Positions 27,223 to 36,618 of a DNA stretch of 45,338 nucleotides are shown piece by piece (the first letter of the stretch is position 1; each line of letters starts with the position of its first letter). Both the position numbers and the translations under genes were made by a program. The notes under the pieces are model-generated. The model had not been told where the DNA came from. It saw nothing but the letters and a program-made list of their open reading frames with translations, and searched no databases. This DNA comes from a virus. Its lineage: Duplodnaviria; Caudoviricetes. The DNA is taken from positions 1-45,338 of the IMG/VR virus record IMGVR_UViG_3300032320_000535. One strand, written 5' to 3'.

Positions 27223-29544
27223 ATGCCACAACTTTCGATTACCCAATTACCTCAGGCGCAGGCATTAACCGGGACTGAGCCAGTACCAGTCGTTCAAAAT
27301 GGCGTGACGGTTCAGACCACCACGGGTGCTGTTGCTGGCGCTGGCGCGCTGAATTACCCGTTTCTGACTGTTGGCCAGACTGCTGGCTTGGCCCAGTCGC
27401 GTTACATCTCGACCAACGCAGGCTTGTCGGTGACCGATAACGGCGCCCAAAACACCCTTGTAGTTAATTTGATCGGTGCGGCACTGTCACTGAACTCAAG
27501 CGGCAACGGAATACAGGTCAAGACGGCCGCAAATACGGTCACAGCGCGTTCAATTGCGGTTAGTGCAGGCTTGGGTGTCACCAACGCCGACGGCGTCTCT
27601 GGCAACCCCACAATTGCTTTGGGCACCTTCTTGCAACAACTGGTATCGCAGACAGGCACAGGCCTTTTGGCTTTGCAAAGTGGTGTTCCAGCCAAAATTA
27701 CATTACAAGGCACTACTAATCAGATTAGTATTGCCAATGGTGATGGAGCGGCTGACCCGGTCATTTCAATTGCCAGCAACCCCATCATTCCCGGCACGGG
27801 AAGTATCACGGTACCAAATGGAACGGCCGCGCAAAGAACTGGCAGTTTTGGTGCATTTCGCTACAACACCAGTCTTTCTCAGTTTGAGGGCTTTACCAAC
27901 ACGGGATGGAACCAGTTTTCGCTGACTGGCGCTGTAACATCGTTTAGTGCAGGCACAACAGGCTTTACGCCCAACACTGACACCACTGGTGCAGTGACCC
28001 TTGGCGGCGTGTTAAATGTGGCAAATGGCGGTACGGGCGCGGCAACATTGACAGGCTACGTGTACGGCAACGGCACTGGTGTGATGACCGCATCCACCAC
28101 AATTCCAAATGCTGGTTTGGCCAACAGTTCAGTGACCTACAACGGCGTGAACGTTGCTCTGGGCGCCTCTGGAACCATTACAGCAACCAACCCCAACGCA
28201 CTGACCATCGGCACCGGGTTGACTGGCACGTCGTATAACGGCTCTGCGGCTGTAACGATTGCAATTGATTCAACTGTTGCGACGTTGACCGGGGCCCAGA
28301 CGCTGACCAACAAAACCATCAGCGGCGCAACTAACACGCTGACCAACATTGGCAATGCATCGCTGACCAACTCGTCCGTGACTGTTGGAACGACTGCGAT
28401 TGCTTTGGGCGCTTCAAGCCTTACCTTGGGTGGCCTGACTTCTGTCGCTGTAACGCAAGACCCCACATCTGCATTGCAATTGGCAACCAAGCAGTACGTT
28501 GACGCTGTTGCTGAAGGTCTTCACATCCACGAGTCTTGCGCGGCCGCAACACCGGGAACGCTTGCTTCGATCACCGGAGGCACGGTCACTTACAACAACG
28601 GCACGGCTGGTGTCGGCGCCACCTTGACCTTGTCTGTGGCCTTGACTGTTTTGGACGGCTACACACTGCTCAACGGCAACCGTGTGCTGATCAAAAACGA
28701 AGCGACGCAGGCCAACAATGGCATCTACACATGGGCTACTGGCGGCACGGTTCTAACCCGTGCGACTGACTTTGACACTGCCGCCGAGATGGCAAGCGGT
28801 GACTTCACATTTATCACAAACGGCACTTTGTACGCCAACACAGGATGGGTGCAAACTGACCCGGTGACGGTTGTTGGCACAAGCCCGGTGACATGGATAC
28901 AGTTCTCTGGTGCAGGCACTTACACAGCAGGCACCGGCCTCACATTAGCTGGAACGCAGTTCAGCATCACCAATACGGCGGTGACTGCTGGCGCGTATGG
29001 CTCTGCAACTCAGGTAGGTACGTTCACGGTCAATGCGCAGGGTCAGTTGACTCTGGCAGGCAACGCTACGGTGACTCCAGCGGTTGGCTCCATCACTGGG
29101 TTGGGTACTGGGGTTGCTACTGCACTTGCAATCAACGTAGGCTCTGCTGGCGCTATTGTGGTCAACGGTGGGGCTTTGGGTACACCAAGTAGTGGTACGG
29201 TCACAAACCTGACTGGAACCGCCTCAATCAACATCAACGGTACTGTGGGTGCAACAACCCCAGCAACTGGCGCATTTACAACCATTTCAGCGTCTGGGGT
29301 CATCACCTCAACCGTTGTGACGGGTACTGCGCCATTGACGGTTGCCTCAACAACGACCGTGGCAAATTTGGGCGCGACCAACACCGTAAACACGGCGGTG
29401 ACAGCGGACTCAACCAACGCGACGAACTACCTCACTTTTGTGAACGCTACTAGCGGTAATCTGGGGCAATTGGTAAACTCTTCGATAACTTGCAACCCAT
29501 CAACAGGCCAAATGACTGGCGGTATTGCTGGTGGCGCTTTCTAA
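27223..29544 (+). CDS. tail fibre-like structural protein
   Basis: Thr/Gly/Ala-rich; FRYNT..FEGF, ATKQYVD, RVLIKNE..QANNGIY...LTRATD motifs typical of fibre proteins. Confidence 0.75.
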   Translation: MPQLSITQLPQAQALTGTEPVPVVQNGVTVQTTTGAVAGAGALNYPFLTVGQTAGLAQSRYISTNAGLSVTDNGAQNTLVVNLIGAALSLNSSGNGIQVKTAANTVTARSIAVSAGLGVTNADGVSGNPTIALGTFLQQLVSQTGTGLLALQSGVPAKITLQGTTNQISIANGDGAADPVISIASNPIIPGTGSITVPNGTAAQRTGSFGAFRYNTSLSQFEGFTNTGWNQFSLTGAVTSFSAGTTGFTPNTDTTGAVTLGGVLNVANGGTGAATLTGYVYGNGTGVMTASTTIPNAGLANSSVTYNGVNVALGASGTITATNPNALTIGTGLTGTSYNGSAAVTIAIDSTVATLTGAQTLTNKTISGATNTLTNIGNASLTNSSVTVGTTAIALGASSLTLGGLTSVAVTQDPTSALQLATKQYVDAVAEGLHIHESCAAATPGTLASITGGTVTYNNGTAGVGATLTLSVALTVLDGYTLLNGNRVLIKNEATQANNGIYTWATGGTVLTRATDFDTAAEMASGDFTFITNGTLYANTGWVQTDPVTVVGTSPVTWIQFSGAGTYTAGTGLTLAGTQFSITNTAVTAGAYGSATQVGTFTVNAQGQLTLAGNATVTPAVGSITGLGTGVATALAINVGSAGAIVVNGGALGTPSSGTVTNLTGTASININGTVGATTPATGAFTTISASGVITSTVVTGTAPLTVASTTTVANLGATNTVNTAVTADSTNATNYLTFVNATSGNLGQLVNSSITCNPSTGQMTGGIAGGAF

Positions 29545-29553
29545 GGAAAAAAC

Positions 29554-30426
29554 ATGGCACAAACTGGATACACCCCGATCCTGATCTACGCAAGCGGCAC
29601 GGCTACAAACGTGCCCTTGGCGGCAAACCTTACAAGCAGTGCATCGGGCGCCGAATTAGCATTGAACTATGCTGATGGCAAGCTGTACTACAAAAACGGT
29701 TCTGGCGTTGTTACTCTGTTGGCCAACAGTTCTACTGTTGCACCCGTGACCACGATTTCTTTTGGCACAACTGGCTTGACTCCATCTACTGCGACTTCGG
29801 GCGCGGTAACGGTAGCAGGTACGCTGGTTGTCGGAAATGGCGGTACAGGACTTGCCACAATCACCGCAGGGCGCATTTTGTTCGGTGCTGGTACATCAGC
29901 CATCGGAAACTCTGCCAGCCTCTTTTGGGACTCTGCAAACAGTCGTTTTGGCGTCAACACCGCAACCCCAGCCGTTACCACCGAGTTGGTTGGTACGGAT
30001 GCCATGCTTATTCCCAAGGGAACGACAGGAAACCGTCCTACAGGCGTTTCAGGCTATCTGCGCTTCAACACCACCACAAGCGAGTTTGAGGGCTACAACG
30101 GCACTGCATGGGCTTCTGTTGGCGGCGCGGGACTGAGCAACGACACAAGCACAGCAACCAATGTCTATCCCTTGTTTGCGGCGGCTACATCAGGCACTGC
30201 ATCTACTTTATACACAGGCAACGCCAAGCTGTTGTACAAGCCAAGCACAGGTGAGTTGCAAGCATCGGTTCCTGTTGCATTGAATGGTATTGTGGTGAAC
30301 AGCCAAACAGTTGCGACAAGCTACACAATTGCGGCAGGGTATTCAGGAATGTCTGCTGGGCCCGTCACTGTGGCAAGTGGTCAAGCGGTGACAGTCAGTT
30401 CAGGTTCACGCTGGGTTATCCAGTAA
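29554..30426 (+). CDS. tail fibre-associated protein
   Basis: ELALNYADGKLYYK, LRFNTTTSEFEGYNGTAW. Confidence 0.7.
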   Translation: MAQTGYTPILIYASGTATNVPLAANLTSSASGAELALNYADGKLYYKNGSGVVTLLANSSTVAPVTTISFGTTGLTPSTATSGAVTVAGTLVVGNGGTGLATITAGRILFGAGTSAIGNSASLFWDSANSRFGVNTATPAVTTELVGTDAMLIPKGTTGNRPTGVSGYLRFNTTTSEFEGYNGTAWASVGGAGLSNDTSTATNVYPLFAAATSGTASTLYTGNAKLLYKPSTGELQASVPVALNGIVVNSQTVATSYTIAAGYSGMSAGPVTVASGQAVTVSSGSRWVIQ

Positions 30427-30438
30427 AAAGGAAAAATT

Positions 30439-31011
30439 ATGGCAAGCATTGTTGTTAATGGAGATACATCTGGGGCGGTAACGCTGTCTGCACCTGCGGT
30501 TGCGGGTACGGTGACTGTGACTTTGCCAGCGGCAAGCGGCACTATGCTAACCACTGCTACGGCTGGTGTGCCTGTCAACGGGCCAGCGTTTAGTGTTTAC
30601 ATGAGTGCTAATCAAACAATTACTACTGCTACTTGGACAAAACTAAACCTTAACACAGAAGAGTTTGACACAAATAGTTGCTATAACAATTCTACTTATC
30701 GTTTTACGCCTACTGTGGCTGGTTATTATCAAGTAAATGGAAAAGTTGTATATGACCCAATTGAAGCTGGAAAAATAACTATTGTTTCTATTTATAAAAA
30801 TGGCTCAAGATATAAAGATGGTTCAAGGGGTATGAATAGTGTTGGTGGCACAGGTAATGCATCTATGGTTTCTAGCATTGTTTACTTTAATGGAACTACT
30901 GATTATGTAGAGTTGTATGCATATAACTCAAACACTACTTCAGCAAGTGCTGTTGGCGCATCTGAATTTGAAACATTTTTTAATGGTGCAATGGTAAGGA
31001 GCGCGGTATGA
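30439..31011 (+). CDS. tail fibre protein with a C1q/TNF-like C-terminal domain
   Basis: PAFSVY...EEFDT...YRFTPTVAGYYQVN...DYVELY. Confidence 0.65.
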   Translation: MASIVVNGDTSGAVTLSAPAVAGTVTVTLPAASGTMLTTATAGVPVNGPAFSVYMSANQTITTATWTKLNLNTEEFDTNSCYNNSTYRFTPTVAGYYQVNGKVVYDPIEAGKITIVSIYKNGSRYKDGSRGMNSVGGTGNASMVSSIVYFNGTTDYVELYAYNSNTTSASAVGASEFETFFNGAMVRSAV

Positions 31012-31169
31012 CCCTCTACGACAAAATCATGGCGCTGTACCCTGCGTTGACTCAGCAAGACTTCACCACCACCATCCGCTTGCAGAACGACTCTGACGGC
31101 AAGGGTGACTACATCGCTGCTTGGGAGCACCCAACGCTTGCACGACCCACTGAGGAGCAACTAGCATGA
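31008..31169 (+). CDS. XkdW-like small tail fibre accessory protein (53 aa)
   Basis: MTLYDKIMALYP...LQNDSDGKGDYIAAWEHPTLARPTEEQLA; ATGA overlaps on both sides; below the track cutoff. Confidence 0.7.
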   Translation: MTLYDKIMALYPALTQQDFTTTIRLQNDSDGKGDYIAAWEHPTLARPTEEQLA

Positions 31170-32050
31170 CCGCGACAATCAACGCATCGACATCGGCAGG
31201 GGTAGTCACGACTGCTGACACCTCTGGGATTTTGCAACTCCAGACAAACGGCACTGCCGCGCTCACCGTAGACGCGAGTCAGAACGTGGGCATTGGGACG
31301 GCTTCGCCAGCCAGCATACTTGAATTAAAAGCCGCAACACCAGTTCAAACTTTTAATCAAACAACGGCAAACAGCAACCAAGGCATTGAGTATCGGGTTA
31401 ACGGGACAGCCTACGGGCGCATACTTAACAACGCCACAACCGGCATTTTAGATATTCGTAACGGACTGACTGGCGGTGCTGGTTATGTTGTTACATTTTC
31501 TACTGACGGCACAGAACGCGCCCGTATCGACTCCAGCGGTAACTTGCTAATTGGGGCTACATCCTACAGCGGTGGCGTTCCAAACGATTCTGCCATTGTA
31601 ATTAGGCAAGACGGATATATGGTTACGCGAGTTTCTGGAAATGGTAACTATGCCGCAGAATTTCAAAATGTAAGCGGCACAGGTGTCGGCAACATAACAG
31701 TAAATTCTGGCTCAACACAATACGTTACATCTTCAGACTACCGATTGAAAGAAGACATTGCGCCGATGACAGGTGCTTTGGCAACAGTAGCCGCACTTAA
31801 ACCAGTATCGTACAAATGGAAAGCTACTGGCGAGGCAACACAGGGTTTTATTGCCCATGAACTGCAAGCAGTCGTTCCTGAGTGTGTAGTGGGCAAGAAA
31901 GACGCTGTAGACGCTGATGGCAAGCCCCAGTACCAAGGCATTGACACCAGCTTCTTGGTCGCCACACTGACAGCGGCAATCCAAGAACTCAAGGCTATCG
32001 TAGACGCACAAGGCGCTGAAATCGCCGCACTCAAAGGAGCAACAGCATGA
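31166..32050 (+). CDS. tail fibre/spike with a C-terminal intramolecular chaperone (peptidase S74)
   Basis: SSDYRLKEDI autocleavage motif, GFIAHELQAVVP, terminal coiled coil AIQEL. Confidence 0.85.
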   Translation: MTATINASTSAGVVTTADTSGILQLQTNGTAALTVDASQNVGIGTASPASILELKAATPVQTFNQTTANSNQGIEYRVNGTAYGRILNNATTGILDIRNGLTGGAGYVVTFSTDGTERARIDSSGNLLIGATSYSGGVPNDSAIVIRQDGYMVTRVSGNGNYAAEFQNVSGTGVGNITVNSGSTQYVTSSDYRLKEDIAPMTGALATVAALKPVSYKWKATGEATQGFIAHELQAVVPECVVGKKDAVDADGKPQYQGIDTSFLVATLTAAIQELKAIVDAQGAEIAALKGATA

Positions 32051-32709
32051 GTTTAATTCTTGACGGCACAAACGGCCTGTCTGATGTAGACGGCTCTGCC
32101 GCAACCCCTGCTATCAGAGGCACTGATGCCAACACAGGCATCTTCTTCCCTGCCGCTGACACCATTGCTTTTGCTGAGGGCGGTGTTGAGTCTGCGCGAT
32201 TTAATTCTTCAGGCAACTTGCAAACAATTGGCACTATCAGCGTGGGTAATGCCACTCCCTCAACCTCTGGTGCTGGCATCACCTTCCCCGCAACTCAATC
32301 AGCATCATCTGACGCAAACACGCTGGATGATTATGAGGAGGGGACTTTTACTCCGTCTTTTACACCTATTGCTGGAAGTGCAACATACACAAATCAAGTA
32401 GGAAATTATGTAAAAATTGGCAGAAAAGTGACTGCTGTTTTTTACATAACAGTCAATGTTTCTAGTTCTTTGACAACTGGACTTATAGCTGGCCTTCCGT
32501 TTACAGGCTCTAACACTAACTATGCGGGTACAGTTTTTAGCGTATGGTCTGGCATTGGCGGGTACTGCAATCTTCTTGGTTTGACTGCGGCCTCAACTAC
32601 CATCCAAACTCGCGCAACAAGTTCAGCAACTGCCGCACCAACTGTTGTTACATTGACCGTGTCAAATGGTGCTGAAATTGCTGGCACTGTAACTTATTTC
32701 ACATCTTAA
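32047..32709 (+). CDS. tail fibre-related protein
   Basis: NTLDDYEEGTFTP...GNYVKIGRKV...GLPF. Confidence 0.7.
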   Translation: MSLILDGTNGLSDVDGSAATPAIRGTDANTGIFFPAADTIAFAEGGVESARFNSSGNLQTIGTISVGNATPSTSGAGITFPATQSASSDANTLDDYEEGTFTPSFTPIAGSATYTNQVGNYVKIGRKVTAVFYITVNVSSSLTTGLIAGLPFTGSNTNYAGTVFSVWSGIGGYCNLLGLTAASTTIQTRATSSATAAPTVVTLTVSNGAEIAGTVTYFTS

Positions 32710-32756
32710 TTAACTTGATTGGATTATCAAGTCGGACACTCAACCAAAGGAAAATC

Positions 32757-33011
32757 ATGGCATTCACCGAAACCAAAGTTATCGACCAAATCACCGTCAC
32801 CGAGAACGGCACTGTGCTGTACCGCGAGGCAACACGCATCCTAAAAGACGGCGACCAGATTGCTCAGACCTACCACCGCACAAGCCTGACACCAGCACAA
32901 GACCTCACTGGTCAGCCAGCCAATGTCGTGGCAATCTGCAATGCGGCATGGACTGCTGAAGTGGTTGCGGCGTATCAGGCTCAAGTTGCGGCTCAGGCGG
33001 CTTCGTCATAA
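32757..33011 (+). CDS. small tail accessory protein
   Basis: AAGGA RBS before ATG 32757. Confidence 0.7.
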   Translation: MAFTETKVIDQITVTENGTVLYREATRILKDGDQIAQTYHRTSLTPAQDLTGQPANVVAICNAAWTAEVVAAYQAQVAAQAASS

Positions 33012-33066
33012 TAGAAAAAGGGCGAACCGCTGGCCCATAACAGCGGAAATTTTCAGGAGAATGGCA

Positions 33067-33213
33067 ATGGACAAACTGACTCTATCAACGCAATTGGTCA
33101 ACGCTGTGCTGGGCTATCTTGGCTCACGCCCGTACCAAGAAGTCTTTCAACTCGTTGATGCCTTGCAAAAAGAAGCGCAAGCCAACGTGACTGAGCAACC
33201 AAAAGCGGAGTGA
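33067..33213 (+). CDS. 48-aa hypothetical protein
   Basis: AGGAG RBS; MDKLTLSTQLVNAVLGYLGSRPYQEV. Confidence 0.7.
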   Translation: MDKLTLSTQLVNAVLGYLGSRPYQEVFQLVDALQKEAQANVTEQPKAE

Positions 33214-33217
33214 TGAC

Positions 33218-33433
33218 ATGGAAGGGGTTCATGAATTAGCCAGCGAAACTGACAAGCGCCTCAGCGTGCATGAAGCTGTTTGCCAGCAGAGATACGAGGT
33301 AATTCAGACCCGCTTTGACGAAGGTTCCAAGCGCATGAACAGGATTGAGTACCTCTTGTATGTAGTCATTGCTGTCGTGTTGCTTGGCCCCGGCGTCGCC
33401 GCAGAATTTGTTAAAAAATTACTGGGGATGTAA
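33218..33433 (+). CDS. coiled-coil plus TM protein (XhlA-like lysis accessory)
   Basis: HEAVCQQRY coiled coil followed by a C-terminal TM helix. Confidence 0.55.
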   Translation: MEGVHELASETDKRLSVHEAVCQQRYEVIQTRFDEGSKRMNRIEYLLYVVIAVVLLGPGVAAEFVKKLLGM

Positions 33434-33888
33434 TGATTGACCTCACTAAAGCGATTGGGGCAGTTGCCGCAAGCGTTGCCGCATTAGGCGGCAGTTACAC
33501 GCTTGCTGACAAGTTTGGCTGGTTTGACAAAGCCATCATTGAATGGTCTCCAGAGAATTTTAAAATTGTGGCAGATGCTGGAAAACCCATCACTGTTACG
33601 GTTGCAAGAATAAAGAAACGGGACGACTGCTCTGTTGAGAGTTTTACCCCAAGCATTCGTGATGCGGCAGGAATGGTGCATGAGGCGACCACCACCGCAA
33701 GCAAGTTCAGTGGCCCAGCAGGCCCAGAGATTGACACGTTCACATATGAACTCACAATGGTGAGAAAAGAAAAGATTGCCAGCGGAAAAGCAACTTTGTT
33801 GGCGACCATCAAATACAAATGCCCTGAAGGGGAGCGCGTTGTGCAATATCCCCGTCATGCAAATTTAAGTTTTGAATTGAAAGGGTGA
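33433..33888 (+). CDS. N-terminally anchored hypothetical protein in the lysis module
   Basis: Hydrophobic N-terminus, beta-rich body with two Cys. Confidence 0.6.
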   Translation: MIDLTKAIGAVAASVAALGGSYTLADKFGWFDKAIIEWSPENFKIVADAGKPITVTVARIKKRDDCSVESFTPSIRDAAGMVHEATTTASKFSGPAGPEIDTFTYELTMVRKEKIASGKATLLATIKYKCPEGERVVQYPRHANLSFELKG

Positions 33889-33890
33889 CC

Positions 33891-34409
33891 ATGATTCCAA
33901 TCGTTGCATCACTACTTGGTACATTGGCTCAGAATGGTCTGGGCCTTTTGTCTTCTGCGATTCAAGCAAAGGGCAAAGAGGTTGTTGAGAACGCCCTTGG
34001 CGTGAAGATTTCTGACAACCCGTCTGACGCTGAAGTTGCTAAGTTGCGCCAGCTTCAGTTTGACCATGAAGAGCGTCTGCTTGAGTTAGGCATTGAGAAG
34101 GCCCGTATTGAGCAGGAAGAACTCAAGGCTCTGTTGGCGGCACAAGCCAACCAAGAGGACAACGTCAGCAAGCGCTGGCAAGCTGACATGTCTTCGGACT
34201 CGTGGATGTCAAAGAATATCCGACCCATGACTTTGGTCTACATCCTGACCGCCTACTTGCTGTTTGCTGGCCTGAGCGCCGCAGGCATTGACGTCAATGA
34301 GGCTTACGTTTCGTTGCTGGGCCAGTGGGGGATGCTTGTGATGACCGCCTATTTCGGGGGTCGGACAGTCGAGAAGGTCATGGAAATGCGCAAGCGGGGT
34401 GACAAATGA
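33891..34409 (+). CDS. holin (3TM, gene-transfer-release type)
   Basis: SKNIRP + TM segments + AYFGGRTVEK; adjacent to the endolysin. Confidence 0.7.
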   Translation: MIPIVASLLGTLAQNGLGLLSSAIQAKGKEVVENALGVKISDNPSDAEVAKLRQLQFDHEERLLELGIEKARIEQEELKALLAAQANQEDNVSKRWQADMSSDSWMSKNIRPMTLVYILTAYLLFAGLSAAGIDVNEAYVSLLGQWGMLVMTAYFGGRTVEKVMEMRKRGDK

Positions 34410-34747
34410 GCCTCAGTCAAGAACAAGCGGCTTTCCTGTTGGATGCCTGCGCACTCATCAAATACGCCACTGAGCAGGGTTTTATGGTCACTGGTGGGGA
34501 GTTGGCCCGTACACCTGAGCAACAGGCCATCTACGTCAAGACGGGCCGCTCAAAGACCCTGAACTCAATCCACCTCAAGCGCTGTGCCATCGACTTGAAC
34601 TTCTTCAAGGGCGGCGCGATAATTTGGGACAAGGAGACGCTGGCTCCATTGGGCGTATATTGGGAGTCATTGCACCCCAAGAACCGCTGGGGCGGCAACT
34701 TCAAATCACTCGTAGATTGCCCTCACTTTGAGCGCAATGTTGGATAA
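34406..34747 (+). CDS. endolysin, peptidase M15 family
   Basis: RTPEQQ, SIHLKRCAIDL (SxH...D), RWGGNF, DCPHFE Zn-ligand motifs. Confidence 0.88.
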   Translation: MSLSQEQAAFLLDACALIKYATEQGFMVTGGELARTPEQQAIYVKTGRSKTLNSIHLKRCAIDLNFFKGGAIIWDKETLAPLGVYWESLHPKNRWGGNFKSLVDCPHFERNVG

Positions 34748-34759
34748 AGGGACGACGCG

Positions 34760-35398
34760 ATGACACTAATCCCATCATGGGTGATGACGTATGACAGTTT
34801 GACCTCCACTGTACTTCAGTACTTGGAGCGAAATGACGCCGCTGTTGTCAACGCGATTCCCACTTTTATTTCTTTGGCCGAGTTTGAAATTGCCCAAGAG
34901 ATTAAAACACTTGGCCAATTGCAAGTGGTCGAGTCAGCCATGAGCGTAGGCAATGCTATTTTGCAAAAACCTGCACGCTGGCGCAAGACGGTGTCAATGA
35001 GCGTGACCGTTGCCGGGAAAAAGCAACCTGTCTACTTGCGCAAGTACGAGTACCTCAAGAACTACTGGCCAGACGCCAATCAAACCGATGTGCCCCTGTA
35101 CTACGCTGACACCGACTGGGAGCACTGGTACCTTGCACCCACGCCAGCATTGGCCTACGCTTTTGAAGTGCTCTACTATGAGCGGATTGCACCACTGAGT
35201 TCTGCCAATCAGACAAACTGGCTGACTCAAAACGCCCCAAACGCCATGCTGTTTGGAACCCTGTTGCAAGCCATGCAGTTTTTGAAAAACGATCAGCGTG
35301 TAATCTTTCAACAAAAGTACACCGAATCACTCCAATCGCTCAAGACTGAGGATGTGGCGCGAGTTGGTGATCGTCAAGCCATTGCCGTGGATTCCTAA
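34760..35398 (+). CDS. probable head-tail adaptor (tail tubular A-like)
   Basis: IPTFISLAE, LAPTP, TNWL...P..MLFGTL; position. Confidence 0.6.
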   Translation: MTLIPSWVMTYDSLTSTVLQYLERNDAAVVNAIPTFISLAEFEIAQEIKTLGQLQVVESAMSVGNAILQKPARWRKTVSMSVTVAGKKQPVYLRKYEYLKNYWPDANQTDVPLYYADTDWEHWYLAPTPALAYAFEVLYYERIAPLSSANQTNWLTQNAPNAMLFGTLLQAMQFLKNDQRVIFQQKYTESLQSLKTEDVARVGDRQAIAVDS

Positions 35399-35400
35399 AA

Positions 35401-36618
35401 ATGACAAGTTACATAAACCCATACACAGGTCAGACGATCAGCCCATCGCAAGTGGGCTATGAAGCACTGGCCATTTCAGCCGACACAGTCCTTGAGTGGC
35501 CAATCAATGGCAACACGGACAATGTTGTTGCCAACATCATTGAGGTCACTGCTTCAACCGCAGGTCTGAAGTTGTACATGCCTCCAGCCACTTCTGTGTC
35601 TACTGGCCAGAGTGCATTGATTCGCAACACCGGGGCCAATTCTTTTACGGTGGTGAACACAAGCGGCAGTACGATTGTTTCGATTGCTTCAGGTATCGCT
35701 CAATATATCTACGTTACCAACAACGCCACCATCAATGGCACATGGGGCACGGTGACGTTTGGTGCAGGCACCTCTGCGGCCAATGCGGCCACACTTGCTG
35801 GCTACGGCCTTGAAGCGGTGAGCACTACATTGAACACAGTGACTCCCGTCACAACGTTCTCGTCTAACTATCAAATGCTTCCAGAAGACCAATCGTCTTT
35901 GTACGTTTGGACTGGTGGTGCTGGCACCGTCACATTGCCAACTTCCGCATCTGTTGGTGCAAGTTGGTACGCCATCCTAAAAAACGATGGCACCGGCATC
36001 TTGAACGTTGTTCCCAGTGGAGCAAACACTATTGATGGCGAAGTCAGCAAGCAATTGCAAATTGCTGAGTCGTTTGTTGTTGTATCTGACGGCTCAACTT
36101 TTTACAGTTACGCCTACGGTCAATCTGCAACTTTCTTTTTTACTCAGTTGACCAAATCTGTGACTGGTGGAACTGTGACGCTGACATCGCCCGAGGCGGC
36201 CAGCATCATTCAAGAATACACCGGAACATTGACATCAAATTGCACGGTCATCGTTCCACCAACGGTGCAGTTGTACTCGTTCCGAAACAACACAAGTGGC
36301 GCCTTCACTTTGACGTTTAGCACTGGTGTTGGCGGTGCCTTAACGGTGACACTTCCGCAAAACCAAACAATTATTGCGATTTGCGATGGCACAAACGTTT
36401 ACAACGCTCAAACATCGACCTCATCATTCATCAATGCTTTGACTTTGGGCAACGGCTCTGCGGCCGCTCCTTCGCTGTCATTCACTGGTAGCGCAACGAC
36501 TGGCTTGTACCTTGCCGCATCAAATCAACTAGGTTTTGCTGTTGCTGGCGCCAATGCAGGAACCTTGGCCGCAACTGGATTACGCATGCCTGTAGGAATT
36601 ATTGGTGGAGCGTTCTAA
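35401..36618 (+). CDS. tail structural protein
   Basis: Beta-rich; VTLP...ILKN...TIDG; NGSAAAPSLSF; ends GGAF. Confidence 0.65.
   Translation: MTSYINPYTGQTISPSQVGYEALAISADTVLEWPINGNTDNVVANIIEVTASTAGLKLYMPPATSVSTGQSALIRNTGANSFTVVNTSGSTIVSIASGIAQYIYVTNNATINGTWGTVTFGAGTSAANAATLAGYGLEAVSTTLNTVTPVTTFSSNYQMLPEDQSSLYVWTGGAGTVTLPTSASVGASWYAILKNDGTGILNVVPSGANTIDGEVSKQLQIAESFVVVSDGSTFYSYAYGQSATFFFTQLTKSVTGGTVTLTSPEAASIIQEYTGTLTSNCTVIVPPTVQLYSFRNNTSGAFTLTFSTGVGGALTVTLPQNQTIIAICDGTNVYNAQTSTSSFINALTLGNGSAAAPSLSFTGSATTGLYLAASNQLGFAVAGANAGTLAATGLRMPVGIIGGAF

Noticed and set aside
27223-32709. Diversity-generating retroelement or invertible tail fibre cassette
   Set aside because: No reverse transcriptase, invertase, template/variable repeat pair or inverted gene copy was seen in the window.
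32923-33213. Programmed frameshift joining 32757..33011 to the next ORF via the pseudoknot
   Set aside because: It would need a +1 shift, no slippery heptamer precedes the stop, and the downstream ORF has its own AGGAG RBS.
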